This document shows positions 20,101 to 29,673 of a DNA stretch of 64,000 bases, piece after piece. How positions within the stretch are numbered: position 1 is the first letter of the stretch; the number at the start of each line of letters is the position of its first letter. The translations under genes and the position numbers were made by a program. Source of the stretch: a virus; IMG/VR virus record IMGVR_UViG_3300042691_025170, positions 1-64,000 of that record. The stretch is one strand, 5' to 3'. The notes beneath the pieces are model-generated. The model was not told the origin of the DNA. It saw only the letters and a program-made list of their open reading frames with translations, and did no database searches.

Positions 20101-20526
20101 GCAAATCAGTTAAATATGGTAGCTAATTCTGTTAGAAATTTATCAAGCGCTTTAGCTGAAATGGCTGGTATAACATTTAACAATGTAAACGCTTTGAATG
20201 ATTTACCATGGGTAAGAATGACAGCATTTGCTGCAGCTGGTGGTACTTACCCTATAAGTGCAGCAACGACTCAAAAGACCGTTAGTACGAGTAGTAAGGC
20301 AATAACAGGTTCGGACGCAGCTTTGGTTGAATTAAAAGCTATAAATACAAATACAAAAGCTATGCTTGAATTAACTAAAGCAATGGAAGTTATAGCGGCT
20401 GCACAGTATCAATATGCAACTACTAAACAGGCTCCTATTCAGTTAAAAGTTGATGGAAAAACATTAGCAACTGCACAAGTGAACTATAGTAATAACAACA
20501 AAGGTCAGAAAGCACCTGGAAAGTAA
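17107..20526 (+). CDS. Tape measure protein
   Basis: 1139 aa, helical Ala/Lys/Glu-rich N-terminus, Gly/Ala-rich hydrophobic C-terminal part; lies after the chaperones. Confidence 0.85.
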   Translation: MAKTSKPITVSEDDLKNLDAIREKYQKLSEQYEEIRRKGAAITNDEKRRKAFLERKIERQGAYLEKLEQQAKIEEGIAKRTEKFNKNLQRQVESLGEADEIYSSIAEKIGKQSEGGELISRHYQTQKAILAEVASLSSEAAGKDADRQKLLQKALSDYKKYETSVANTVQRVSEGSLSQEKANLAIAKAKAGYMESLESLTNMGEKGEQLLELFKALADNTVQLGSAASKTAEAFNIMEDMMARMGSHLPVMSEISEVIKKAEEGGKAFTVAMAALGAVVGSLAGKYLLAFPQAKIQALNEISQSTIETARDVAKIKFDTKFIPDKTRLEINKMLVESEFERSKAVKKVNDLQTKGSAEYRRVLQGVNVEIQQGAMQFAATSKTALFGKGIGSVGYAKSQLVAAGVSAEDVANNIKQAGVVMGQMPSAETAATMALMEKRTGVSAESIAQINKSFIKLDGLSETAAMNMQQGMTALAESSNIPLDNLMQEVAGSAKSMLGYGIKNTSNLIKQAAAVSSMGVSFQEVANAGKSMVLNYKDSIKAEMQLSSLLGEQVDLSEVRAQMASGDYKGAIQSLQAQGLDIQEMNQFQLEALSQSLGGMDVGTMTSLLTGKMKEPGELKASDAKAAGSEFAAKKMAEKAEIALGSAVIQAKDAKAQIQFDKEIQKEILNSDFYNQYQLNQAALDVANRNLEGAMDRAWKATDTYAQSIADLAKLDVEKSFTENIIPALSSALGAGLFAAMAGGGFGKIFGGLGNLFKFGGGAAGAAPMGGAGGGLAGGAGAMGGAGAAPAGTTGIGGFLSNLGAGIGNLLKSIGTGAGQAIGGFFQGMTSGLLAFANAMATPTPLFGLPAGLIIVGMAMGIAKALEIAAPGIKALTPLLLGLASIVGDTFVKAMYAAGPVITAIFEGMGNVITSVGSSISEVITTVTDSIYKLSSLPAENLFTLGAGLTAVAAGLATFTGGQVVSSIGGAISSGISFLTGSGGGDIFSKLTEFSNKANQLNMVANSVRNLSSALAEMAGITFNNVNALNDLPWVRMTAFAAAGGTYPISAATTQKTVSTSSKAITGSDAALVELKAINTNTKAMLELTKAMEVIAAAQYQYATTKQAPIQLKVDGKTLATAQVNYSNNNKGQKAPGK

Positions 20527-20578
20527 ATCCTTAATATTTTAGATAACACCATATTTATACTAAACACATATGGGTTAA

Positions 20579-22027
20579 ATGGCAACTATTTTAGATTTAT
20601 TCAAAAGTCGTAAAACCGAAATATACGGAGGAGAGGGTGGTAAAGTATTTATAGAATCTCAAGGATTAATAAATATACCACGAAAAGCAGCTTTATTAGC
20701 ATCTTCTCCGAATGCTGTTGGCGCACTAATAGGAAATGAGGTAGGAGGATTGGTTAAAGGTTCTGCCGATAGACCATCGGATTTAGTTTTTAATAGTAAT
20801 AAAGCATTATCAAAACCTGTTATTATATCACCAAGGGCTATATCAAGAGGATTAAAATATGCATTTGATGCAGGACCAGGTGAAGTTGGACCAGATGGAT
20901 ACTATGTAAAAAAATATCCAGAACCACCTACATTCTTGAATAAAATAGAACAAGGCATAAGTACACCCGGAAGTGTTATACAAGAAGAGGCCGCCAAGAT
21001 TTTGAAAAACCCTGAGAGTGCTTTTGAAGGAATAAAATTTATTAAAGAAAGATTGGAGGGTTCTAAGGGGGATAGTCAGACTTATGGCCCAGCTTTGACA
21101 GAAGATAAAAACGACAAGTTAAGAAATAAAGAAAAAAAGTTTTCAAAATTTGCACCAAAATACGGATATAAAACAGGTCAAAATCAGATAACTCAAATCG
21201 GAATAAGTGATACAGAACGAAGTTCTAATAACTACGAAAGTATTTTAAGAGGTATATTAACAAATACTCTTGAAAGTCAGTCAACTGACATATATAAAAA
21301 TTTTGAAAACAAAAACAAAGATTTAAATTTTCCATTTGTTTTGTTTGAAACATATGGAAATGGTAAAAAGATATTATTACCAGGTACAATAACTGGCTTA
21401 TCGGAAGATATGACTCCTGAGTGGAGTAATTTTAAATATCTTGGTTCACCATTTAATTTATACAGATATGGTGGTGTGGAGAGAAGTATAAAGTTTGAAT
21501 TGAAATTATACTATATTGAAAGGATAAGTAAATTAGCTATGATAGCTAACCTTAATAAACTTAGACAATTGGTATTTCCAACAGAAATTGCAGCCATAAA
21601 CTATCCAGACTCAAATTCTTCAGCAGGCACTTTAGCAATAAAACCAAATTTAGTTTGGTTAACTATATCGGATGTTTATAAAAAAGTATTAGGCGTTATA
21701 GATTCCTTATCTTTTAATATAGACGATTCAACACCTTGGGCATCTACTTTTAATGATGTAGATGGAAATCTCGGATTAAATGATTCCGTTACCATAGATA
21801 ACACGGGTAAGTACGATTCTCCATATCCAAGTGTAATAAATGTTTCGATTAGTATGAAGATAATAGAATCACCTTTCGTAAGTAATAGTAAAAATGATCC
21901 TGGTAAATTTGTATACGAATACGCAGAGGATGACAATGCTTATTTTACAAATTTTACAGATATATACAATAAATATTCTAAAAATTTATCTAGTACCACA
22001 ACCGATACTGATGGGCAAATTAATTGA
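20579..22027 (+). CDS. Baseplate/tail tube initiator-like protein
   Basis: ITGLSEDMTPEWSNFKYLGSPFNLYRYGGVERSIKFEL tube-fold motif; follows the tape measure. Confidence 0.65.
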   Translation: MATILDLFKSRKTEIYGGEGGKVFIESQGLINIPRKAALLASSPNAVGALIGNEVGGLVKGSADRPSDLVFNSNKALSKPVIISPRAISRGLKYAFDAGPGEVGPDGYYVKKYPEPPTFLNKIEQGISTPGSVIQEEAAKILKNPESAFEGIKFIKERLEGSKGDSQTYGPALTEDKNDKLRNKEKKFSKFAPKYGYKTGQNQITQIGISDTERSSNNYESILRGILTNTLESQSTDIYKNFENKNKDLNFPFVLFETYGNGKKILLPGTITGLSEDMTPEWSNFKYLGSPFNLYRYGGVERSIKFELKLYYIERISKLAMIANLNKLRQLVFPTEIAAINYPDSNSSAGTLAIKPNLVWLTISDVYKKVLGVIDSLSFNIDDSTPWASTFNDVDGNLGLNDSVTIDNTGKYDSPYPSVINVSISMKIIESPFVSNSKNDPGKFVYEYAEDDNAYFTNFTDIYNKYSKNLSSTTTDTDGQIN

Positions 22028-22034
22028 TTAATGT

Positions 22035-22337
22035 ATGGCTAGTAGATATAGAACAGCAAAAACTACAGTAGATAAAGATACAAATAAATCATATATGGAA
22101 ACAACCATATATCCAAAAGTTTCGGCATCTAATTCTGATATATACATTATAACGGATGAAACCGACAGACTGGATTTGTTAGCTTTTAAATATTATGGTG
22201 ATAGTAAAATGTGGTGGATTATAGCTAATGCAAATAACATAAACGATGCGACATTTTATGTTGAACCAGGTACTCAGTTAAGAATACCATCTAATATTCA
22301 AAGTATTATAAATAATTTAACAAACATAAATAAATAG
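22035..22337 (+). CDS. LysM-like baseplate protein (gp53/gpX-like)
   Basis: DRLDLLAFKYYGDSKMWWIIANAN...GTQLRIP. Confidence 0.85.
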   Translation: MASRYRTAKTTVDKDTNKSYMETTIYPKVSASNSDIYIITDETDRLDLLAFKYYGDSKMWWIIANANNINDATFYVEPGTQLRIPSNIQSIINNLTNINK

Positions 22338-22339
22338 TT

Positions 22340-24778
22340 ATGGCGTTTCCTTTTGTAGCACCTTTTGACGGATGGGTACAAGAAGTATTAAAACAAAGAG
22401 AAGAAGATAGACTTATAGGTGTTTATAAAAACCCATATGCTGTACTAACATCTGCTGCAAAGGTTGTAAAATCAACACCAAGTACGGATAAAGAAAAACG
22501 AGCCGAAGAGATAAAAAAGATATTAAAAGGTGAAATTGCACAGGGTGATACAGAATATTCCGGTTGTATTATAGCAAACAATATATCAAATCTTGAATTG
22601 AGTTACGCAACTGGACTGACACCTGTGGGCATTGATTTTAAAGGAAGGGTAATAACAGTTGAAGGTGAAAGTGATAGAAGAGTTTCAACTCCAATAATAG
22701 AAAGTATAGACATAGATACCGATGGTGCCAATAACACATTAAAAACTGCACAAGTTAAAGTTAAATGTTTTACTTTAAAGCAGCTTGAGATGTTTGAAAA
22801 TTTTTTTATGAAGCCTGGTATGAATGTACTATTAGAATTTGGTGATAGTTCTATTCTAGCAGGTCTTGTAAATAAAATAGAAAACGGACAGGTAGATAAT
22901 AACGAATTAAAAGTTTTTAGAAACGGAAAATATGAACCTGTAAGTACAATAACTAAAGTAGAAGAAGCTTTAATACAAAAACAAGATTTTGAAAGTTTTT
23001 CTGATGAATTTACAAATTATTTTAAGTCTAGTATAGATGGAACAATAAAGTATTTTGCTAAAGTAGAAAATTCATTAGGTACTTATGATTTAATAGCTGG
23101 TAAGGTAACAGATTTTAATTTTTCAATAGAAGCTGATTTAACATATAATGTAGACTTAGAGATAACTCAAGCAAATCAAATTTCTCTAGCTTTACCTAAC
23201 AATCCAAAGAAGATAAACAGTACAGCAAATACTACAGCAAAAGACAAAGGTCAAACATATTCGGAAAGAGAACAAATTATAGATTCCATAGTTTTAAATT
23301 TTGATTTGGAGAAATCAAAATTACTGACTCTATTAAAAAAACAACACCCAAGACAGGGAAAGGATTGGATTAGTGATGAATTCTTTAATTATAATAAGGT
23401 AGATACTGAACAAAAAGACCAAATAGCTAGTGCCAAACCATATGTTTCATTAAGATTTGTATTAAATATACTAATGAATTATGTCTTAACAAGTGACGGT
23501 GGAAATGGTGTTGATGATGACTTTTTTGAATTTTTAATACCGAAACATTTTACTAAAAAAGTAAATGACCAATATCAAAAGGAAGTAGATTTCATACCGG
23601 TTAGTTCAAGAAAAAACATAATATCAATATCAGATTCTATTATATTTCCTACCAAAGAACTACCTGTAATAGTTTTTACCGGCAAAGATAATTTGATTGA
23701 TATAGACTCTTCAACTAGATTGGATGGTAGGATTAATGGTTATAATTTTCATCATGATGGTGACTTATATGAGGCTGAGACAAAGGCTAACATAGGAAAT
23801 CCAACCGGAGATGATAGATTGGGAAATGCTTTGAATATATTCATATCTTATGAAGATGTTGTTAGAATATGGAAACAAGAATTGTATAGAATTGATTTCT
23901 TAGAAAAAATATTAAATTTAATAAATAAAAATAGTCTTGGACTTTTTCAATTGGTTTATGCAAATGTAAACGATAATGGTAAAGGGTCTATTATAGATTA
24001 CAAATTATGTACCTATCAAAAAGCTAACATAGTACCGGTTAGACAACGTGATAGTTATAGATTTAAAATCGGTCCAGAAAAATCAATAGTAAAAAACTTT
24101 TCATTCAATTTTGAGTTATCAAACTTAGTAGCTGGGCAAACAGTTTTTAATAATAACAAATTTGTATACGAAGCGATCAGAGAAAAAAATAAATCAACAA
24201 ATCAACAATCCATACCAAAGGTAGAAGAAATATCACTACCACCTGAAGTATACAAATCAATTGATATGTCAACTATGGGTAATGCCGATGGGTGGTATGC
24301 TATTAATTATATAGAATTAAAAACTATACAAGCTAAATTAGAGAAAACGGTAAATCAATTAAATAATGTTAACCAGACCGCGCAGCAACAAATCTTGTCT
24401 GGAAGTTTTGACCAAACCAAAGAAGTGACAAAAGAAGAAGTAAATGTAGCTGATATCATAAAGCAAACATCTACTCAATTCAAATTTGGTAATGAAAATA
24501 AAATCCTCATATACAAGGATGAAAAATTTGTTTTAAACAAAATACAACAAACTCCCCAAGAAAAGTATAAGAAGCCAACTTTGTCTCCGATTGATATTAA
24601 TCTAACAGTTGATGGATTTAGTGGATTTAGATGTGGATACTGTTTTAATATAGATGGCATACCGGAGATATACAATCAGAATGGTGTATTTCAAATAACA
24701 AATGTAAAGCACTCTATTAATAATGAAGGTTGGACTACAACTATTGAAGCAGGATATCTAAATAGAAAATTTGATTGA
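22340..24778 (+). CDS. Baseplate hub-like protein (gp27/gpD-like)
   Basis: C-terminal LTVDGFSGF..G..F.IDGIP...GVFQITNVKHSI...WTTTIEA; follows the LysM gene. Confidence 0.65.
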   Translation: MAFPFVAPFDGWVQEVLKQREEDRLIGVYKNPYAVLTSAAKVVKSTPSTDKEKRAEEIKKILKGEIAQGDTEYSGCIIANNISNLELSYATGLTPVGIDFKGRVITVEGESDRRVSTPIIESIDIDTDGANNTLKTAQVKVKCFTLKQLEMFENFFMKPGMNVLLEFGDSSILAGLVNKIENGQVDNNELKVFRNGKYEPVSTITKVEEALIQKQDFESFSDEFTNYFKSSIDGTIKYFAKVENSLGTYDLIAGKVTDFNFSIEADLTYNVDLEITQANQISLALPNNPKKINSTANTTAKDKGQTYSEREQIIDSIVLNFDLEKSKLLTLLKKQHPRQGKDWISDEFFNYNKVDTEQKDQIASAKPYVSLRFVLNILMNYVLTSDGGNGVDDDFFEFLIPKHFTKKVNDQYQKEVDFIPVSSRKNIISISDSIIFPTKELPVIVFTGKDNLIDIDSSTRLDGRINGYNFHHDGDLYEAETKANIGNPTGDDRLGNALNIFISYEDVVRIWKQELYRIDFLEKILNLINKNSLGLFQLVYANVNDNGKGSIIDYKLCTYQKANIVPVRQRDSYRFKIGPEKSIVKNFSFNFELSNLVAGQTVFNNNKFVYEAIREKNKSTNQQSIPKVEEISLPPEVYKSIDMSTMGNADGWYAINYIELKTIQAKLEKTVNQLNNVNQTAQQQILSGSFDQTKEVTKEEVNVADIIKQTSTQFKFGNENKILIYKDEKFVLNKIQQTPQEKYKKPTLSPIDINLTVDGFSGFRCGYCFNIDGIPEIYNQNGVFQITNVKHSINNEGWTTTIEAGYLNRKFD

Positions 24779-24780
24779 GT

Positions 24781-25128
24781 ATGTACAAAGATGTAGCAAA
24801 TAACACCGGACTTTTTCAAATAAAATCACCTGATGCATTTTTACCAAAACCATCAGACCAAGATTATTCAAATGGATTTATTCGTAGATATTTTATTAGA
24901 AAATCAAATGACTTAAATGCATTTATATATGAGGTATCTAAAGACACAATAGTTAAGTATGAAAAAATATCCTTTTGGAAATCAACTTCTATAAAGTGGA
25001 AGTTAGTAGGTACTAAAGAAGAAGTGACTGAATCAAATAGAAAAGCTATTGCATTTGTGTCTAAAGAATTCCCAACTTTAGCACTGTATATTCCAAATCT
25101 AACTCAGTTTTACAGAACAAAAGATTAA
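24781..25128 (+). CDS. Hypothetical protein (tail module)
   Basis: PSDQDYSNGFIRRYF motif; ORF abuts the hub gene. Confidence 0.6.
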   Translation: MYKDVANNTGLFQIKSPDAFLPKPSDQDYSNGFIRRYFIRKSNDLNAFIYEVSKDTIVKYEKISFWKSTSIKWKLVGTKEEVTESNRKAIAFVSKEFPTLALYIPNLTQFYRTKD

Positions 25129-25166
25129 TTTTCGTTTTAAAGAAATTTTTGTTATATTAGAGTCGT

Positions 25167-26438
25167 ATGACTATAATTGAATACGATTCCGATTTACAAT
25201 TAATAAATGGAAAAACTATAAAGTTTATTGTTCCTGTTTGGAGTAGTCCAAAAGGACATGAGTGTGGATTTCCAATTAGTTTTGTATACATAAGAACTGA
25301 AGATACGGAATTTGTCGTTAATTTCAAACACATAGATGCAAAAAGTATTGTACCATTTGATGTTGGTAAATTAGCAGGACACAATACAATAGTTTTCGGA
25401 CATCGTTATTTAGATAGTCGCGGAATAGATTATGAATGGGCATACTTTGAAGCATTCGGAAAACCATTTGATTGGCAAGATTTCACACAACCACTTTATC
25501 GGACTTATAGAACAGACTTCACGGAACTGAATGATTGTATACCGATGATGAAATGGATTGAACTGATACGAACTATGCCACTACCAATGGTCACTAAACC
25601 TTCGGTTCGTAAATATTCAGACGCCATCAAACGGCTCGGACAAATTGAAGGGGCTGGGGTAGCAGTAGAAAAAAATCGTGTCGTCACGGAATGGGAAATT
25701 CCAGATAGTTACATACATGGCGACCTCATGTTCACGAAGTATAATCCGTATACGGTAACCGGCCGTCCGAGCAATCGTCACTTGGGGGTCAATTGGGGTG
25801 CGCTGAACAAATCGGATGGTACTCGTTCGGTGGTACGGAGCCGGTTTGCGGAAGGTACTCTCGTTCAAATGGACTTTGAGTCGTTCCATATCCGTCTTAT
25901 CGGGCGACTAATCGGATACGATTTCCCTGATGATAAAACGGCACACGAACACCTTGGCGAATGGTATGGTGGGGTTGATAGGGAAACCGCAAAGGGGATA
26001 ACATTCCGTTATCTGTATGGTGGACTTGACGACTTGGGCCGGACGATTCCATTCTTTCAACGGGCTGATGAATTCATAAAGAAGACCTATCGTGATTATG
26101 TGGTGAGGGGTGGACTTGTGACACCGATTATGGGACGAGAAATTCCGTTTGAACAAATCGGTAGGGATGCCGGCGAACAAAAGGTGTTTAACTATTTCTT
26201 ACAAGCGCTTGAGACTGAGGTAAACTATCATAAGATTGGGGAGTTGTTGGATTGGTTTGCTGATAAAGAGTCAAAGTTGATTCTATACACCTATGATGCG
26301 TTTCTCGTTGACACACATCCGCAAGAACGGGAATCGGTTTTGAACGACATTCCGACCATATTGAGTCGTGGTGGTTTTCCCGTGAAATCGTATGAAGGAA
26401 AGAATTATGCGGAATTGGAGTTTTTGTTGCAAAAATGA
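25167..26438 (+). CDS. Minimal, divergent family A DNA polymerase-like protein
   Basis: TVTGRPSN; motif A MDFESFHIR; motif B RETAKGITFRYLYG; NYFLQ; motif C LYTYDAFL. Confidence 0.8.
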   Translation: MTIIEYDSDLQLINGKTIKFIVPVWSSPKGHECGFPISFVYIRTEDTEFVVNFKHIDAKSIVPFDVGKLAGHNTIVFGHRYLDSRGIDYEWAYFEAFGKPFDWQDFTQPLYRTYRTDFTELNDCIPMMKWIELIRTMPLPMVTKPSVRKYSDAIKRLGQIEGAGVAVEKNRVVTEWEIPDSYIHGDLMFTKYNPYTVTGRPSNRHLGVNWGALNKSDGTRSVVRSRFAEGTLVQMDFESFHIRLIGRLIGYDFPDDKTAHEHLGEWYGGVDRETAKGITFRYLYGGLDDLGRTIPFFQRADEFIKKTYRDYVVRGGLVTPIMGREIPFEQIGRDAGEQKVFNYFLQALETEVNYHKIGELLDWFADKESKLILYTYDAFLVDTHPQERESVLNDIPTILSRGGFPVKSYEGKNYAELEFLLQK

Positions 26439-26470
26439 TATTTATAGAATATGTAGAAAATAGTAAAATT

Positions 26471-26953
26471 ATGAAACTAAAAGATTTATTACCCATCAAT
26501 GAAATTGAATTCAGAAATCAAAAAGAATTTGATAAGTATTCTCAAAAACATGATTTAAGACCTGATACAAAAGTTAAAATAGCAGGTAAAACTACAACAG
26601 CAGGTCAAGCTGCTAAAGATTCCACCAAAAATTCTAAGCCTGCAAAAGGTAAATCTATTTTTGGAAAAGGTAGTTCTGTATTTGGTAGTGCCTCAAATAA
26701 AGGAAAGGGTAATAGTGAATTTGAAGCCTCTTATGACTTAGATGATGTGGCCGATGATATCAAAGGTTCATTGGATGTATCTGACAAAGATGGTAAAGAA
26801 TTACAGAAAAGATTGCAAAAAGGAGAAAAAGGAAAGTACAACCAAACCTCAGAAACCGGTGGTGAAATAGTATTTTCAAATGGAGATACATACGAGGTTG
26901 GTGGTACACAAGATGGCCCGTATCCCGTAACAAAGAAATCCAAAAGAAAATAA
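26471..26953 (+). CDS. Hypothetical Lys-rich protein, possibly head-packaged
   Basis: MKLKDLLPINE N-terminus; preceded by TATTTAT at 26439. Confidence 0.6.
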   Translation: MKLKDLLPINEIEFRNQKEFDKYSQKHDLRPDTKVKIAGKTTTAGQAAKDSTKNSKPAKGKSIFGKGSSVFGSASNKGKGNSEFEASYDLDDVADDIKGSLDVSDKDGKELQKRLQKGEKGKYNQTSETGGEIVFSNGDTYEVGGTQDGPYPVTKKSKRK

Positions 26954-26982
26954 TCTGATAAAGATATAGAACTAACAGAAAT

Positions 26983-28857
26983 ATGCTCAATTTTGATGAA
27001 ATCCTATTAGAGTTAAGTTACAGAGTAGAGTCTGGTATAGTAGACCTTACACAAAATGAACAAGTAGAATTGCTTTCCGAGATTCTAAAAGAAAGAGGAG
27101 TTGCTAATGCAAATGAAATATCTCAAAAAGCTAAGGTATATTTTTCATATTTAGCAGAAGCAAAGCCGAATTGGCAATTGGCTGCTAGAGTAAAAAAGAA
27201 AGATGGTAAAGCTGGTAAAGTTGTTTATTTTCAATCTCAAGACGCAAAAAGAGATGCTATAAAAACGGGTTCACATATAGCTGTAGATAAAAACTTAAAG
27301 CCAGAAAAACCTGCACGTGGTAGTGGTAAGGTAACAGGAACACCAATATACAAAGGTGGAGCACCTATTTATCCTAAAGCAGATAAACCAAAAAAGAGTA
27401 GTTCATCAAATTCAATGGTTGATAAAAAGGTACGTGGATCTATTAAACAATTTAAAAACTTTTTAAGTGACGCACAAAAAAGAGCAATTAAATTAGAACA
27501 AAAAAGACGTGTTGTAGAACTTAGAAAATTAGATACATTAGCACAATCTTTTGAAAAATTACCAGCTGAAATCAGAAATACGGCAAGTGAAATATTTGCA
27601 AAAGGACAATTATTTGAAGGTAGAGAAAACTCCGGTATTGGTAAAAATAGATTAGGATATTTGGATGTTAGAACGCTAAATGACAACAGAAATTATTTAC
27701 TAAAGGGGTATGGCGATGGTTCTCCGGAAACTATTAGAAAATTTGTAAGAAAGTCTAGAAGTATTAAAGTAAGTGAAGATTACGTAGAATCATCTTTTAA
27801 TCTATTACCCGAATCTTTACAATCATCACTAATGGGTAAAGGTAAAGTGGGTGACGCTGGTACAGGTAAACATTTTTTAGGATACATTAAAAATGATGGA
27901 ACAATAACATCAGATAGATCAGATCCAGATATTAAAAAAGATAAAAAAGGAAATTTGTTAGTAAAAAGAGGAAATCCTGGAAGTAGAGATAGAGGAAAAT
28001 TTGTCTGGAGATGTATACTAGAGCAGGGTGGTCAAGATCCTTATAGTGGATTACCACTTGATTTGAGTGCAATTGATTTGGAACACGTTTGTGCATTTGA
28101 TAATAAAGACAGAGGTAAACCAACTAAAGAAGATTATTTGAATAGAGAGCACGATGATAACATTATTATTTGTGCAACAAACCTAAATCAAAAAAAATCT
28201 AATATGTCAATGAAAAAGTTTTTTGAAGTACACGTAAACCCACAAGTTGGTAAATCTCGTGCGGATTTCAAAAAAGAAGGTGAAACATTTGAAACTATAA
28301 ATAAAGTTGCTTCTCAAACTGAACAAAAAGCAGGTCTTGCTTTACAAGATGGAAAGCTTAAAAAAGGATACGATTTTAAGAATCTTAAAGATCTATTTGA
28401 TAGTGATGACGAAGTTTATGCAAAAGCAAAAGGTGAATTTAAAAAAGTTGCAGAAACAGAAGAAGACATGAAAGCTATAGCTGGATTAAATTCTGAAATA
28501 GGTAAAAGTCTTTTGATGGCAATGGGTTTGGGCAGAGGACTTATAGATAAAAGTGGTAGGAGAACTATAAAATTATCGTCTGATAATTTATATAGAGGAT
28601 TTTTGTTATCAATGGCAGATGCACCAGCCAGTAAACACGAAAAATTTAAGGCCGGATGGGAGCAAGCAAGAAAAGTTGGTAATTCTGATAAGTACAGGCT
28701 AAAAGGAAAAGGACAACAGGGAATGATAAAGTATTTAATTGATAATGGATTTATCAGCGATAAAGTGTTAAATGACCCTAAACTTGGTAAAGTATTTCGT
28801 AACGCTTTACTTGAGACTTATGATTATGATAATAATGTATATATTTTACTCAATTAA
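26983..28857 (+). CDS. Large basic protein with a central HNH nuclease motif of Cas9/HNH_4 type
   Basis: EQGGQDPYSG.PLDL...DLEHV...DN..IC..NLNQKKSN at about 28021-28210; no RuvC motifs seen. Confidence 0.65.
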   Translation: MLNFDEILLELSYRVESGIVDLTQNEQVELLSEILKERGVANANEISQKAKVYFSYLAEAKPNWQLAARVKKKDGKAGKVVYFQSQDAKRDAIKTGSHIAVDKNLKPEKPARGSGKVTGTPIYKGGAPIYPKADKPKKSSSSNSMVDKKVRGSIKQFKNFLSDAQKRAIKLEQKRRVVELRKLDTLAQSFEKLPAEIRNTASEIFAKGQLFEGRENSGIGKNRLGYLDVRTLNDNRNYLLKGYGDGSPETIRKFVRKSRSIKVSEDYVESSFNLLPESLQSSLMGKGKVGDAGTGKHFLGYIKNDGTITSDRSDPDIKKDKKGNLLVKRGNPGSRDRGKFVWRCILEQGGQDPYSGLPLDLSAIDLEHVCAFDNKDRGKPTKEDYLNREHDDNIIICATNLNQKKSNMSMKKFFEVHVNPQVGKSRADFKKEGETFETINKVASQTEQKAGLALQDGKLKKGYDFKNLKDLFDSDDEVYAKAKGEFKKVAETEEDMKAIAGLNSEIGKSLLMAMGLGRGLIDKSGRRTIKLSSDNLYRGFLLSMADAPASKHEKFKAGWEQARKVGNSDKYRLKGKGQQGMIKYLIDNGFISDKVLNDPKLGKVFRNALLETYDYDNNVYILLN

Positions 28858-28879
28858 AATTACAACACCAATATAAATA

Positions 28880-29284
28880 ATGAATACACAACTACTTTGC
28901 CTATTTACGACAAAGCAGGATTTAGATAGATCTTTACAATTTGTATTAGATAACTACGACATAATAAATCCGAACATATTTGTCCTTGAAAATCGAAATA
29001 AGTCGGATGAACTATTCGTAACCTTTAATATACAAAAAGGTTCTTCAGCAATTGATTCAGAGTGGAAAACGATATTAGTGCATCGTAAAAAAGAATCAAA
29101 TACTATATACACAATTAACGCACTAAATGAAGTTGTCAAAAGTAAAACCGGAGGACAATTGGATAAAAGTTATGCTATAGAATGGAGTGAATTTAAAAAC
29201 TCTATACTGATAACATCTTCCAATGGGTATAAACGTATTCCCACAAAAGTAAATAAGACTATAAACATTTCAGAAGAGCAATAA
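28880..29284 (+). CDS. Hypothetical phage protein
   Basis: 134 aa; contains VHRKKESNTIYTINALN. Confidence 0.65.
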   Translation: MNTQLLCLFTTKQDLDRSLQFVLDNYDIINPNIFVLENRNKSDELFVTFNIQKGSSAIDSEWKTILVHRKKESNTIYTINALNEVVKSKTGGQLDKSYAIEWSEFKNSILITSSNGYKRIPTKVNKTINISEEQ

Positions 29285-29320
29285 TTTGGAAATATAAAAT
29301 ATTCCTATTATATTCGTTCT

Positions 29321-29656
29321 ATGAAATCAAAAAACAAGTACAAGCCAACAAAGATTGTAGTTGATGGAGTAGAAGACATTTTTACTACACATAAACTAAC
29401 CATATCTAAGGCTATACTTAAGGCTATAAAATATTGTCATTCAAAACGTATAAAAAGTGTTGATTTTGCCGAAGTAGATTTTGGTGGAAAAATAACTGTT
29501 TTTCTGTCTGTAAATGCTCTTGAATTTAAAGAAAATATTGACAAAATAATCCAAATTTTAGAAGAATTTGAGGAGTACGAAATGTGTGCAGAAGCCTTGA
29601 AATTGAAGCAAAAAATGGCTAAAAAGAAGGCTAAAAAAGAATTTGTAAAATCGTAA
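29321..29656 (+). CDS. Hypothetical protein with a UVR-like (EEYE.CA) helix
   Basis: EEFEEYEMCAEALKLK; preceded by TTTG-N20-TATATTCG. Confidence 0.55.
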   Translation: MKSKNKYKPTKIVVDGVEDIFTTHKLTISKAILKAIKYCHSKRIKSVDFAEVDFGGKITVFLSVNALEFKENIDKIIQILEEFEEYEMCAEALKLKQKMAKKKAKKEFVKS

Positions 29657-29673
29657 TTTTTTTCGTATATTTG
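29642..29673 (+). promoter_or_regulatory. Bacteroidota-type housekeeping promoter (-33 TTTG, -7 TATATTTG) upstream of the SSB operon
   Basis: Exact TTTG-N20-TAnnTTTG match. Confidence 0.65.

Noticed and set aside
26983-28857. Calling this gene Cas9 or IscB
   Set aside because: Only an HNH-like motif is visible. There are no RuvC motifs, bridge helix, array or adjacent non-coding space for a guide RNA.
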